A stretch of DNA of 64,000 nucleotides, taken from positions 320,001 through 384,000 of the forward strand of contig OY970355.1 in assembly GCA_963718525.1 (NCBI GenBank). The letters run 5' to 3'. The DNA is from Candidatus Dormiibacterota bacterium (GTDB taxonomy: Bacteria; Chloroflexota; Dormibacteria; Aeolococcales; Aeolococcaceae). A model generated the notes under the pieces. That model ran no database searches and had not been told where the DNA came from. It was given only the letters and a program-made list of their open reading frames with translations. A program made the position numbers and the translations under genes. The stretch's first letter is position 1. Every line of letters begins with the position of its first letter. Positions 51,386 through 61,624 of this stretch are shown here, one piece after another.

Positions 51386-53404
51386 ATGGGGAGCCTGAGA
51401 AGGAGGGGTCGGCACACCCGCTCCACCTCCAACGCACGTGGCTTTACGCCGCTCGGGGACGTCGAATCGGACGGATCGGGCCTGCTGATCGCAGCGCGTT
51501 CACAGTTCACGCACGCGCTCGTCGACGTCCGAATCCTCGCCGCAACGCTGAAGGGCGACCGTGCCCGGATGCGTCAACTCCGCGGCGAAATGGATGTTCT
51601 TCGTGAAGTCCGTCATACCAACCTCGTCTCGGTCATGGACTTCGACAAACGCGCCGGCGCTGTCGTGTACGAATCGGTACCAGGGAGCAGCCTGACCGAC
51701 TTGCTCGACGGGCAAGGCCCGATTGAGCTTGCAGCCGGCCTCGTGCTGCTCGAGGACTGCGTTTCAGGGCTCGAGGCGTTGCACAACGTCGGGGTCATCC
51801 ATCGGAACGTCACGCCCGATTCCGTTGTGATCGAAAGCACCGGTGCGGTGCTGCTTCGGGACACAGGGCTGTCGCCGACCGTGTCTCCTCCGGTCATGCC
51901 GTCAGAGCCAAGCCGGTTCCTCGCTCCCGAGGTGGCCGCCGGAGGACCGCCGACGCGGTCATCCGACCTCTATGGGGCCACGGCGGTCTTCCTGGAATCG
52001 ATTGGCGGGCGAGCCTCGAAACCGGGCATGAGAGTCGACCTCCGACCGCTGTTGGGCGAGGGGATGGCGAAGGACCCGTCCGCGCGCAGCGAGACGCTCG
52101 GCGCCTTTCGTCGCGAGCTCGACGACTATGCGCGGGCCACGTTTGGCGAGGGCTGGCGCAAGGAGGGACGGGCCCTTCTCGTCGCGGCAGCCGCGGGCCA
52201 GGCCAGTCGGTCCATCCGCGTCAGTTCGCCGGCTGAGCCGCCCAGCGAGGGGGCTGACGAAGCTTTGTCGGCGGTTGCGCTCCTGCGGTCACGCGGGTCG
52301 CGCAGCCCGCGCTCCCTACCCATGCTGGGTGCGTTTGGGCTCGTAGCACTCGTGGTTGTCCTTATCCTCGTGCGAGGCTTCTCGTCGCCTCAGGGCTTCT
52401 CGCCTATCCTCCACATATTCAACGGGATACCTGTTCTCGGCGCTCTGAGTTCGCCCACCCCCACTCCCACCGCCGCCGCTGTTGCGCCGGCGACCAGCGC
52501 GGGCCCATACATCAATCCAGCCACAGGATTGCCTATCACGAGCGCGAGTCCGACGGCCAATGGCGCGGGCGGCCCGACGCCCAAGCCGGGTTCCAATCCG
52601 ACGCCTCCACCCCTGATATCGCAGGCGGTTCGCTTCACCACGCAATCTCCCACCGGCGAGGTCTACAGCGGCTCGTACCTGGTCGGCGCCACCGGTGGTG
52701 CTTCAGGCAACCCCGTGCTCTTCAGCAGCCTGACCGGGACGGTTTGCAAACTTGGGGTCGGCAACACGTTTGACTTCGTGGGGGTCGGCACCTGCACGAT
52801 CCTTGCCTCACAACAAGGCAATGCACGCTACAGCGCGGGGACCGCCTCGATGTCGTTCACGGTTGGGCAGGCGTCCCAGACCATCAGCTTCACTACCTCA
52901 CCGAGCAACCCCACATACAACGACGCGCCGTACACCGTGCATGCCAGTGCGGCGGGCGGTCCCGTGACATTCTCCGCGGACCCTGCGAGCGTCGCGTGCA
53001 GCGTCAGCCCGACGGGGACTGTGACCTTCACGGCAGCAGGTGAGTGCATCATCGACGCAAATCAAGGTGGCAGCGCGGACTACTCTGCGGCACAGACGCG
53101 GCAGCAGCCGTTCAATGTGGCGCAGGCGTCGCAGACCGTGAATCCCACCTCGTCGCCTCCTTGTAATCCCTGCGCCACGCTGACGACGTACACCCTGTCA
53201 GGGACCGCATCCTCGGGGTTGGCGGTCACGTTCGGCATCGACGGCTCGAGCACCCCGGGCTCATGCTCCATCAGCGGAAACCAGGTCACCATCAATGGCG
53301 GTCCGGAATTTCCCGGTACCTGCGTGATCGATTTCTTTCAGAACGGGGACCAGGACTACTCCGCGGCCGCGGTCCAAACACAGAGTGTCACTGTCATCAC
53401 CTAA
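51386..53404 (+). CDS. Receptor-like Ser/Thr kinase-fold protein (probable pseudokinase) with TM and three extracellular repeats
   Basis: HTNLVSV.D, GLEALH..GVIHRN, LAPE and SDLYG give the kinase fold. One TM, a Pro/Thr linker and three SQ(T/A)x..T...G.C.I repeats follow. Confidence 0.85.
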   Translation: MGSLRRRGRHTRSTSNARGFTPLGDVESDGSGLLIAARSQFTHALVDVRILAATLKGDRARMRQLRGEMDVLREVRHTNLVSVMDFDKRAGAVVYESVPGSSLTDLLDGQGPIELAAGLVLLEDCVSGLEALHNVGVIHRNVTPDSVVIESTGAVLLRDTGLSPTVSPPVMPSEPSRFLAPEVAAGGPPTRSSDLYGATAVFLESIGGRASKPGMRVDLRPLLGEGMAKDPSARSETLGAFRRELDDYARATFGEGWRKEGRALLVAAAAGQASRSIRVSSPAEPPSEGADEALSAVALLRSRGSRSPRSLPMLGAFGLVALVVVLILVRGFSSPQGFSPILHIFNGIPVLGALSSPTPTPTAAAVAPATSAGPYINPATGLPITSASPTANGAGGPTPKPGSNPTPPPLISQAVRFTTQSPTGEVYSGSYLVGATGGASGNPVLFSSLTGTVCKLGVGNTFDFVGVGTCTILASQQGNARYSAGTASMSFTVGQASQTISFTTSPSNPTYNDAPYTVHASAAGGPVTFSADPASVACSVSPTGTVTFTAAGECIIDANQGGSADYSAAQTRQQPFNVAQASQTVNPTSSPPCNPCATLTTYTLSGTASSGLAVTFGIDGSSTPGSCSISGNQVTINGGPEFPGTCVIDFFQNGDQDYSAAAVQTQSVTVIT

Positions 53405-53439
53405 CTGAGCCCAGGGGAAGCGACGCCTGGTCCGAAGGC

Positions 53440-56400
53440 CTAGCCCAGCTTGAGATCGATGACGCTTGACGCTCCGGTGAGGCCGGCGCTGAAGGTGTAC
53501 ACGACAGTGGTGCTCGGGCTCGGGGCGGCCTCCCCGATCACTTTGCTGGTTGAGAAGTTGAGGCCGATGTAGAACGGGCCGCTCCCTGAGGTGACTTTGA
53601 CGGTGACCGCGTCGCTGGTCGTCGACTGAGTGATGCCGCCGCTGACCGTGGTGCAGCTACTCGCGGTCGCGTTGTCATATACGCCGCTGCCGCTGCTCAA
53701 GAGGAGTTTCTTACTCGTCTCATTGGTCGACTGCGTGATCTTGTAGGTACCGGTCGATGGAACCTTGACCCAGTACGTGAACGACGATGGTGTCACTGTG
53801 CCGATCTTGCTGCCGCTGAGCGTGTACTGATAGCTCGGTAGGCTGGTCGCAAATCCCGAGGCAAACTGCGCGCAGGTCGTGGCGACTGGGGTGATCTCGC
53901 TGATCTGGGGACCTACAGTCACCGGATCTGCTCCACACTTGCTGCTGACGGCTGCATTGTTCGCATCGCCACTGAAAGCCGCAGTCCACTGATAGGTGCC
54001 GACGGTTTTGGCCGTGAACCCAGTAGTGGTAGTGAAGGGTCCGTTCGTCTTCACCGCAGTCACGGTCTCGGTATGAATCGCAGAGGCGCAGCTGCGGTCG
54101 CCTGGGGCATACAACCTGAAGGTGATCGAGCCCGTACCAAGGAGGTTGCTGGTGCTTGCCAAGGTGGCGCTATCCTGCAACGTGGTACCTATGCCCGCAG
54201 ATTTGGGTTTCGCGGTGGTTGAGATCGTCGGCTGGGCGGTGATCACCACCGATTCGGTGCCACAGCTGCTGACCACAGCGGCGTTGTTCGCGTCGCCGCC
54301 ATAGCTCGCGATCCAGTAGTACGTCCCCGCTGCTTTCGGCGTCCATTTGACGCTGTAGCTCGCTGATGAACTTGCGACGGTCCCGTTTCCGCTAACGCCG
54401 GTAACCGCCGTCGCGCAGGTCCTGTCTGAGTACATCTTGAATGTCACTGTTCCGGTGGGCGCTATTGGCGCCCCTGACAATGTGGCCGTGTCCTTCAGGG
54501 TTTTGATCGCCTTGCCGACCGTCCCCGTGGTCGGGCTGGCCACGGTGCTGATCGTCGGAGATGCCTTCCCGATAACGATCTGCTCGGGGACTCCACCGCA
54601 GGTGCTGACCGTGTTGTTGTTGGCATCGCCGTTGTAAATTGCTCCCCAGTAGTAGGTCGTGACCGCCGCCGGCGTCCAACTGGCGCTGAAGCTCGCCGTC
54701 CCGGCGCTGATCGTCCCGTTTCCACTGACACCGGTCACTGCTGTCGTGCAGGTTGCATTCGTATACAACGTGAACGTCACCGATCCGGTCGGCGATGCCC
54801 CACCGGTCAGTGTCGCCGTGTCCTTGACAGTGATCTGTACCCCGACTGTTCCCGAGGTCGGACTCGCCTGCGTGGTCAGCGTCGGCGACGCCTTGCCCAC
54901 GGTCAGCGGCTCGCTGCTGCAGCTGCTCGTCGTGGGGTTGTTGTTGGCGTCGCCGGAGAACACCGCCTGCCAGTAGAAGGCGCCCACCGTCGGGAAGCTC
55001 AGCGTGCTCGAGTTCGGCACCGCTCCGGTGCTCTCATCCACCGGGAGGGAGCCCGCGCCTCGGGGGTTCTGCGTGCAGGTGTTGTTGCTGTACACCGTGT
55101 AGGTCACCGTCGACGAGCTCCCTCCAGGGGCGGCGAACCCGTTCAGCGTCGCGGTGTCAAAGTCCGTGCCCCCCGCCGCGATCGAGGTCTGATTCAACGC
55201 CGTCGTCAGCGTCGGCGACGCCGTGCCCACGGTCAGCGGCTCGCTGCTGCAGCTGCTCGTCGTGGGGTTGTTGTTGGCGTCGCCGGAGAACACCGCCTGC
55301 CAGTAGAAGGCGCCCACCGTCGGGAAGCTCAGCGTGCTCGAGTTCGGCACCGCTCCGGTGCTCTCATCCACCGGGAGGGAGCCCGCGCCTCGGGGGTTCT
55401 GCGTGCAGGTGTTGTTGCTGTACACCGTGTAGGTCACCGTCGACGAGCTCCCTCCAGGGGCGGCGAACCCGTTCAGCGTCGCGGTGTCAAAGTCCGTGCC
55501 CCCCGCCGCGATCGAGGTCTGATTCAACGCCGTCGTCAGCGTCGGCGACGCCGTGCCCACGGTCAGCGGCTCGCTGCTGCAGCTGCTCGTCGTGGGGTTG
55601 TTGTTGGCGTCGCCGGAGAACACCGCCTGCCAGTAGAAGGCGCCCACCGTCGGGAAGCTCAGCGTGCTCGAGTTCGGCACCGCTCCGGTGCTCTCATCCA
55701 CCGGGAGGGAGCCCGCGCCTCGGGGGTTCTGCGTGCAGGTGTTGTTGCTGTACACCGTGTAGGTCACCGTCGACGAGCTCCCTCCAGGGGCGGCGAACCC
55801 GTTCAGCGTCGCGGTGTCAAAGTCCGTGCCCCCCGCCGCGATCGAGGTCTGATTCAACGCCGTCGTCAGCGTCGGCGACGCCGTGCCCACGGTCAGCGGC
55901 TCGCTGCTGCAGCTGCTCGTCGTGGGGTTGTTGTTGGCGTCGCCGGAGAACACCGCCTGCCAGTAGAAGGCGCCCACCGTCGGGAAGCTCAGCGTGCTCG
56001 AGTTCGGCACCGCTCCGGTGCTCTCATCCACCGGGAGGGAGCCCGCGCCTCGGGGGTTCTGCGTGCAGGTGTTGTTGCTGTACACCGTGTAGGTCACCGT
56101 CGACGAGCTCCCTCCAGGGGCGGCGAACCCGTTCAGCGTCGCGGTGTCAAAGTCCGTGCCCCCCGCCGCGATCGAGGTCTGATTCAACGCCGTCGTCAGC
56201 GTCGGCGACGCCGTGCCCACGGTCAGCGGCTCGCTGCTGCAGCTGCTCGTCGTGGGGTTGTTGTTGGCGTCGCCGGAGAACACCGCCTGCCAGTAGAAGG
56301 CGCCCACCGTCGGGAAGCTCAGCGTGCTCGAGTTCGGCACCGCTCCGGTGCTCTCATCCACCGGGAGGGAGCCCGCGCCTCGGGGGTTCTGCGTGCAGGT

Positions 56401-57990
56401 GTTGTTGCTGTACACCGTGTAGGTCACCGTCGACGAGCTCCCTCCAGGGGCGGCGAACCCGTTCAGCGTCGCGGTGTCAAAGTCCGTGCCCCCCGCCGCG
56501 ATCGAGGTCTGATTCAACGCCGTCGTCAGCGTCGGCGACGCCGTGCCCACGGTCAGCGGCTCGCTGCTGCAGCTGCTCGTCGTGGGGTTGTTGTTGGCGT
56601 CGCCGGAGAACACCGCCTGCCAGTAGAAGGCGCCCACCGTCGGGAAGCTCAGCGTGCTCGAGTTCGGCACCGCTCCGGTGCTCTCATCCACCGGGAGGGA
56701 GCCCGCGCCTCGGGGGTTCTGCGTGCAGGTGTTGTTGCTGTACACCGTGTAGGTCACCGTCGACGAGCTCCCTCCAGGGGCGGCGAACCCGTTCAGCGTC
56801 GCGGTGTCAAAGTCCGTGCCCCCCGCCGCGATCGAGGTCTGATTCAACGCCGTCGTCAGCGTCGGCGACGCCGTGCCCACGGTCAGCGGCTCGCTGCTGC
56901 AGCTGCTCGTCGTGGGGTTGTTGTTGGCGTCGCCGGAGAACACCGCCTGCCAGTAGAAGGCGCCCACCGTCGGGAAGCTCAGCGTGCTCGAGTTCGGCAC
57001 CGCTCCGGTGCTCTCATCCACCGGGAGGGAGCCCGCGCCTCGGGGGTTCTGCGTGCAGGTGTTGTTGCTGTACACCGTGTAGGTCACCGTCGACGAGCTC
57101 CCTCCAGGGGCGGCGAACCCGTTCAGCGTCGCGGTGTCAAAGTCCGTGCCCCCCGCCGCGATCGAGGTCTGATTCAACGCCGTCGTCAGCGTCGGCGACG
57201 CCGTGCCCACGGTCAGCGGCTCGCTGCTGCAGCTGCTCGTCGTGGGGTTGTTGTTGGCGTCGCCGGAGAACACCGCCTGCCAGTAGAAGGCGCCCACCGT
57301 CGGGAAGCTCAGCGTGCTCGAGTTCGGCACCGCTCCGGTGCTCTCATCCACCGGGAGGGAGCCCGCGCCTCGGGGGTTCTGCGTGCAGGTGTTGTTGCTG
57401 TACACCGTGTAGGTCACCGTCGACGAGCTCCCTCCAGGGGCGGCGAACCCGTTCAGCGTCGCGGTGTCAAAGTCCGTGCCCCCCGCCGCGATCGAGGTCT
57501 GATTCAACGCCGTCGTCAGCGTCGGCGACGCCGTGCCCACCAACACCGGTTCATCACCGCAGTTGGTGGTTGCGCCGGCATTGTTCGAGTCCCCGCTGAA
57601 GCTCGCCACCCATTGGAATTTGCCCACGGCAGTGGCCACCCACCCGCCCGTGGTGCTGTACATCCCGTCACCCCCGATCCCGGTCACCGTCTCGGTATAG
57701 ATCACGCTTGTGCAGCTCGTGTCCCCCGGGCCGTACAGGTTGAAGGTGATCGACCCGGACCCGTCAGCATTGCTCGTGCCGCTCAGCGTCGCGCTGTCCT
57801 GCAGGTTGACCCCGACCGCTCCCGACCCCGGATTCGCCGTCGTCGTCAGCGTCGTCGGATTCGTCCCGGCCGCGGCACGCGCCTGCGGCACCACAAGAAG
57901 GAACCCCATAGCAATTAGCGAAGCCGACGCCGCCGCCATCGCTCGCCGAGAACGCGACGGGCGACTCAGTTGTCTCTGATATCCCCTCAA
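53440..57990 (-). CDS. Giant secreted Ig-like repeat surface protein (adhesin-like)
   Basis: Signal peptide ending VPQARA. About 12 related domains with DxATL...VT(Y/F)..Y...C...(Y)W.A.(F/Y).GD.NN...C. Start is TTG 57990 or ATG 57939. Confidence 0.85.
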   Translation of the reverse strand: MRGYQRQLSRPSRSRRAMAAASASLIAMGFLLVVPQARAAAGTNPTTLTTTANPGSGAVGVNLQDSATLSGTSNADGSGSITFNLYGPGDTSCTSVIYTETVTGIGGDGMYSTTGGWVATAVGKFQWVASFSGDSNNAGATTNCGDEPVLVGTASPTLTTALNQTSIAAGGTDFDTATLNGFAAPGGSSSTVTYTVYSNNTCTQNPRGAGSLPVDESTGAVPNSSTLSFPTVGAFYWQAVFSGDANNNPTTSSCSSEPLTVGTASPTLTTALNQTSIAAGGTDFDTATLNGFAAPGGSSSTVTYTVYSNNTCTQNPRGAGSLPVDESTGAVPNSSTLSFPTVGAFYWQAVFSGDANNNPTTSSCSSEPLTVGTASPTLTTALNQTSIAAGGTDFDTATLNGFAAPGGSSSTVTYTVYSNNTCTQNPRGAGSLPVDESTGAVPNSSTLSFPTVGAFYWQAVFSGDANNNPTTSSCSSEPLTVGTASPTLTTALNQTSIAAGGTDFDTATLNGFAAPGGSSSTVTYTVYSNNTCTQNPRGAGSLPVDESTGAVPNSSTLSFPTVGAFYWQAVFSGDANNNPTTSSCSSEPLTVGTASPTLTTALNQTSIAAGGTDFDTATLNGFAAPGGSSSTVTYTVYSNNTCTQNPRGAGSLPVDESTGAVPNSSTLSFPTVGAFYWQAVFSGDANNNPTTSSCSSEPLTVGTASPTLTTALNQTSIAAGGTDFDTATLNGFAAPGGSSSTVTYTVYSNNTCTQNPRGAGSLPVDESTGAVPNSSTLSFPTVGAFYWQAVFSGDANNNPTTSSCSSEPLTVGTASPTLTTALNQTSIAAGGTDFDTATLNGFAAPGGSSSTVTYTVYSNNTCTQNPRGAGSLPVDESTGAVPNSSTLSFPTVGAFYWQAVFSGDANNNPTTSSCSSEPLTVGTASPTLTTALNQTSIAAGGTDFDTATLNGFAAPGGSSSTVTYTVYSNNTCTQNPRGAGSLPVDESTGAVPNSSTLSFPTVGAFYWQAVFSGDANNNPTTSSCSSEPLTVGKASPTLTTQASPTSGTVGVQITVKDTATLTGGASPTGSVTFTLYTNATCTTAVTGVSGNGTISAGTASFSASWTPAAVTTYYWGAIYNGDANNNTVSTCGGVPEQIVIGKASPTISTVASPTTGTVGKAIKTLKDTATLSGAPIAPTGTVTFKMYSDRTCATAVTGVSGNGTVASSSASYSVKWTPKAAGTYYWIASYGGDANNAAVVSSCGTESVVITAQPTISTTAKPKSAGIGTTLQDSATLASTSNLLGTGSITFRLYAPGDRSCASAIHTETVTAVKTNGPFTTTTGFTAKTVGTYQWTAAFSGDANNAAVSSKCGADPVTVGPQISEITPVATTCAQFASGFATSLPSYQYTLSGSKIGTVTPSSFTYWVKVPSTGTYKITQSTNETSKKLLLSSGSGVYDNATASSCTTVSGGITQSTTSDAVTVKVTSGSGPFYIGLNFSTSKVIGEAAPSPSTTVVYTFSAGLTGASSVIDLKLG
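54901..57540. repeat. Tandem array of 8 x 330-bp apparently identical coding repeats
   Basis: ggtcagcggctcgctgctgc recurs at 54901, 55231, 55561, 55891, 56221, 56551, 56881 and 57211. Each unit encodes 110 aa. Confidence 0.95.
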
Positions 57991-58201
57991 GTTCCCCTGT
58001 CTCCCTCTGGCCCAACTCACGGGGCAGCGTGACTGCCGCCGCTGCGGCAACTGGAGTACGCCCGGCCAATCCCCTTTCTAGCCCCAAGCCTTCCCGATGC
58101 GAGGCTCGCAAATAATGCGCTGCCAGGCCATGGGATTGCCAGCGGCGGAATTGAACTCGCCGGCGGCCGCCTTCCGGTGCCGACCGGCCCTCAGAACGAC
58201 A

Positions 58202-58241
58202 AACTCCTACCGCCGAGGAAGATTCCTCAGCAGTAGGAGTT
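58202..58241 (-). terminator. Long inverted repeat, intrinsic terminator of the 58268-59296 gene
   Basis: aactcctac...gtaggagtt outer stem with gaggaa/ttcctc inner stem; on the minus strand it ends in gttt followed by gtcgtt. Confidence 0.7.
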
Positions 58242-58267
58242 CGAGTGTCCTTAGGACGCCGTCGGTT

Positions 58268-59296
58268 CTAGCAGTGCAGCGTGGACGCGTACCTCTGGTT
58301 GGTGACGGTGATCCCGGTGGCGGCGCCGTGGCGGGACGCGTGGATCGTGCCCTCACCGGCGTAGGTGAGCACATTCTCGATGAGGATGTTGCTCGCCGGG
58401 CCGGTCACGAACCAGGCCGGCTGGCACCGGTTGACACCGTAGTACGTCTCATTGTCGAGGACCGTATTGGTGTCGTTGAAGAGCGCAAGGATGCCGCCGT
58501 GGATGGTGATGTTGGTCAGACGAGCTCCGTTCTGGCAGTCAATGTCGACCGCCGCGAATCCACCGGTCCCGTGATTGACCATGACCACATTGGATACCAC
58601 GCTGCCGGTGATCGGGAAGGCGTAGCACGGGTTGGACCCTGTGAGCCTCATGCCGAAACCGGTGCCGGTCTCAGCCGTGATGTTCATCACCGTCGTATTG
58701 CTCGCGTCGCTGAAGAGGACCGCAGGCACAGGGCTGCCTGGGATCGGGACCGTTCCTGGGTTGAATGTCGCGGTATTGAGGTTCAGATTCTCGACCGTGT
58801 TGCCGGGCGAGGTGATCTGGAAGATGTTGCTGGCGCCGTGCTGGACGAGGAACGTGCGGGTCGGACCCGCGCCGTCAATCGTTACCCCGAAGTGGCCGCT
58901 GACGTGGATCCTGCCGGTGAGCACACACACGCCCGCTGGGATGGTGACCACCCCACCGGATTGCTTGCCCGCAGCGTCGATCGCCGCCTGGAGTGCCGCC
59001 GTGTTATCGGTAACGCCGTCGCAGTTGCCGACCGCGGTGGTCGTGGCGGTGTGGGTCACCCCGGCTGTGACGCCGAGAGGACCAACGGTCGAGCCTTTGG
59101 ATGGCTTCGACTTCCTGGAGGACGCCGCCGCGAGCGAGACGCTGCCATGGACGCTGTGGTGGGTTACCGATGATGTCAAGGACAGTGGCGCCGGAGACGA
59201 AACGGCGGCTGCGGTGGGTGTCATGCCGGCCTGCGCCAGTAGGGCAACGGTTCCAATGGCGGCGACGACGGCCAGGCGAGCGAAGGGAATGTTCAT
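58268..59296 (-). CDS. Secreted right-handed beta-helix (pectate-lyase-like) protein
   Basis: Signal peptide, CDGVTDNTAALQAAIDAA...GGVVTIPAG and VENLNLN; resembles 48339-49778. Confidence 0.8.
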   Translation of the reverse strand: MNIPFARLAVVAAIGTVALLAQAGMTPTAAAVSSPAPLSLTSSVTHHSVHGSVSLAAASSRKSKPSKGSTVGPLGVTAGVTHTATTTAVGNCDGVTDNTAALQAAIDAAGKQSGGVVTIPAGVCVLTGRIHVSGHFGVTIDGAGPTRTFLVQHGASNIFQITSPGNTVENLNLNTATFNPGTVPIPGSPVPAVLFSDASNTTVMNITAETGTGFGMRLTGSNPCYAFPITGSVVSNVVMVNHGTGGFAAVDIDCQNGARLTNITIHGGILALFNDTNTVLDNETYYGVNRCQPAWFVTGPASNILIENVLTYAGEGTIHASRHGAATGITVTNQRYASTLHC

Positions 59297-59611
59297 GCCC
59301 CGACCGTGCCATCGGAGTCGGCCTCCCGATCTCACCTTCGGAAACTGGAATGTGACGGTTCAGCGACTTGCGTGCCGCCGATCGCCACAACCCCGCCATG
59401 CGTATGGCGGCGAAGCGGAGATTGACGCCCCATAGCGGCCGATTGCGCTCCGGGCCGTTGCATTGCTCGGTAACGACCCTGTCTCGGTCCGATGGGACCG
59501 GGCCTGATCAGATCGCGTGGTATGACGCGATTGCACCGATCCGCCGGTACCCCCAATAGGCCCGTGTATGATCATGCGAGGAACTGAGGCGGAATCGGGG
59601 GAAGGTATCGC

Positions 59612-61597
59612 GTGGAAGAAGTGGCGGTGAGCCGACGCATGGGCCGCCGGATGCTGGGTCTGGTGGGCGGGGCGTCGGTCGCCGCCGGCTTGCTGGTGGC
59701 GCAGGGAGCGAATCCCACGTCGCCGGTCAGGGCGGCGACCCTTGGGGGAGCCCCCGCGTCCGGTTTGCGGCCGACGTCCACCCAGACCGCCTGCCTCCAG
59801 TCGACCGGATCGTATACGCCGCCGGCCACGGCACCGCACATCATGATGATCGTGGACGAGAACACGTCATACGGCGCCAGTGACGGTAGTCCATATGTCA
59901 TCGGGAATTCGAAGGCGCCGTACATCAACGACACGCTGATCAAGAAGGACGGCTATACGTCGCTGACCAACTGGTACTCCTTCGAGCACAACAGCCCACT
60001 CGACTACATGGACTTCGTCTCCGGGTGTGACCACAACGGCCTCTCGAGGCCTTATACGGATCCAACCGTCGTCAACGAACTCGATACGGCAGGCTTCACA
60101 TGGAAGGCCTACATGGACGGGCTTGCGCCAAGTCAGACCTGCTACACGGGCACGGGCGCGGGCACGAACCACTATTCGCAGACGCACAACCCCTTCATCT
60201 ACTTCAGCCAGATCATCAACAACTCGCCCGAGTGCAATGCCAATGTGGTCCCGTACCAGCAGTCACAGCTGTCGATGGATCTGAACAGCACCACGCCACC
60301 AGACTTCGTCTGGATCACGCCGAACGAGTGCAACGACATGCACAGCCTCTGTGCTCCGCTGAACAACCACGTGGGGCAGGGAGATGCATGGCTCGCGGCG
60401 AATCTGCCCACGGTCCTCAACTCAAGCTGGTACACGAAGGGTAACGGCATCGTGATCATCACCTTTGATGAGGGTGCGAGTGGCGACAACCAGCCGGGCA
60501 CGTCCGAGGGCGCGGGCGGTCACATCGCCACGCTCGTCATCAGCCAGAACTCCTGTGGTGCATACGCCGGCACCGGCAACAACTTCGCCACACTTCGCGG
60601 GATCGAGGAGGCGTACGGCGTTCCGCTGTTGAACAATGCGAGCAACGCCACCTACGGCGATATCACGCCTGCGTTTGCCGACGGCGCCTGCAAGGGTAGC
60701 GGCGGTACCGGCACCATCAGCGGGGTGGTCACCAACAGCCAGACCGCCCTCCCGATTCAGGGCGCCACAGTCACCTGCACCTGCAACAACACCCCGACCG
60801 GCACGGATGTCAACGGCAACTACTCGTTCACCAACGTTGTCGTCGGCACCTACTCGGTCACCTTCTCTGACCCGGCGTTCGTCACCCAGATCGTGAACAA
60901 TGTCGGCGTCACATCGGGAAACACCACGACTGTCAATGCGGCACTGGTGCCCGCAAGCACATCACCCCCCACCGTCGTCCAGGACGTCGGTGTGGCGGCC
61001 CAGAAGACGAGCACATCATTTTCGGTGACCACGAGCTCGACAACCGCCGGCGACCTGCTCGCCATCTCGACCGAGAGCGACGCCGGCGGAAGTAAGTCGT
61101 CAGCCACCGTCACAGGCGTCACCGACAACCAGGGTGACGTGTGGATGAAGGCGGTTGCAGCGAACCCATCGACACGTGACGGCGCCGAGATCTGGTACTC
61201 ACCAGGAGCCAACTCCGGGGTGACCACGGTGACAGTCACGTACTCGAAGTCTGTCAACCCGGTCGTCCGTTTCTATGAGATCGCCAATGCGAGCGCGCTG
61301 GATGCGACCTCAGCCGGGTCGGCGAAGAACACAACTCCAAATACCGGGACCACGGTGACGACGACGACGGCGAACGAGATGGTCATCGGCGTGATCGGCT
61401 TCGCCCCGAACACGGCGACCCTGAGCGGACTGACCCCAGGCTTCGCCAACGACCCGCTCCTGCTCAACAACCTCACCAACTTCAACAACGCCGAGCAGTC
61501 CGGTCACGAGGCGGTCTCCTCCAACGGCACCTTCTCGTATTCCGGGACGCTCTCGACCTCTGCGTCCTGGGCGGCGGTGCTCGCGACCTTCAGATAG
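59612..61597 (+). CDS. Secreted phosphoesterase (acid phosphatase-like) with a carboxypeptidase-regulatory-like domain and a C-terminal beta domain
   Basis: HIMMIVDENTSY, HNPFIYF, PDFVWITPNECNDMH and ITFDE, then GTISGVVTNSQT..PIQGATV. Confidence 0.85.
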   Translation: MEEVAVSRRMGRRMLGLVGGASVAAGLLVAQGANPTSPVRAATLGGAPASGLRPTSTQTACLQSTGSYTPPATAPHIMMIVDENTSYGASDGSPYVIGNSKAPYINDTLIKKDGYTSLTNWYSFEHNSPLDYMDFVSGCDHNGLSRPYTDPTVVNELDTAGFTWKAYMDGLAPSQTCYTGTGAGTNHYSQTHNPFIYFSQIINNSPECNANVVPYQQSQLSMDLNSTTPPDFVWITPNECNDMHSLCAPLNNHVGQGDAWLAANLPTVLNSSWYTKGNGIVIITFDEGASGDNQPGTSEGAGGHIATLVISQNSCGAYAGTGNNFATLRGIEEAYGVPLLNNASNATYGDITPAFADGACKGSGGTGTISGVVTNSQTALPIQGATVTCTCNNTPTGTDVNGNYSFTNVVVGTYSVTFSDPAFVTQIVNNVGVTSGNTTTVNAALVPASTSPPTVVQDVGVAAQKTSTSFSVTTSSTTAGDLLAISTESDAGGSKSSATVTGVTDNQGDVWMKAVAANPSTRDGAEIWYSPGANSGVTTVTVTYSKSVNPVVRFYEIANASALDATSAGSAKNTTPNTGTTVTTTTANEMVIGVIGFAPNTATLSGLTPGFANDPLLLNNLTNFNNAEQSGHEAVSSNGTFSYSGTLSTSASWAAVLATFR

Positions 61598-61624
61598 CGG
61601 TTCTGAACAACCCAGGACCGCGTG

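Noticed and set aside
54901-57540. Possible CRISPR array or non-coding repeat
   Set aside because: The units are 330 bp, contiguous, lack unique spacers and are in frame within a CDS. No cas genes are present.
58140-58170. tRNA-like T-loop (GTTCAATTCC on the minus strand)
   Set aside because: The flanking bases do not form a 5-bp T-stem, and no acceptor or anticodon arms can be built.
59484-59531. Short inverted repeats in the divergent promoter region
   Set aside because: Stems of 6-7 bp are expected by chance in GC-rich DNA, and there is no second copy to support an operator.
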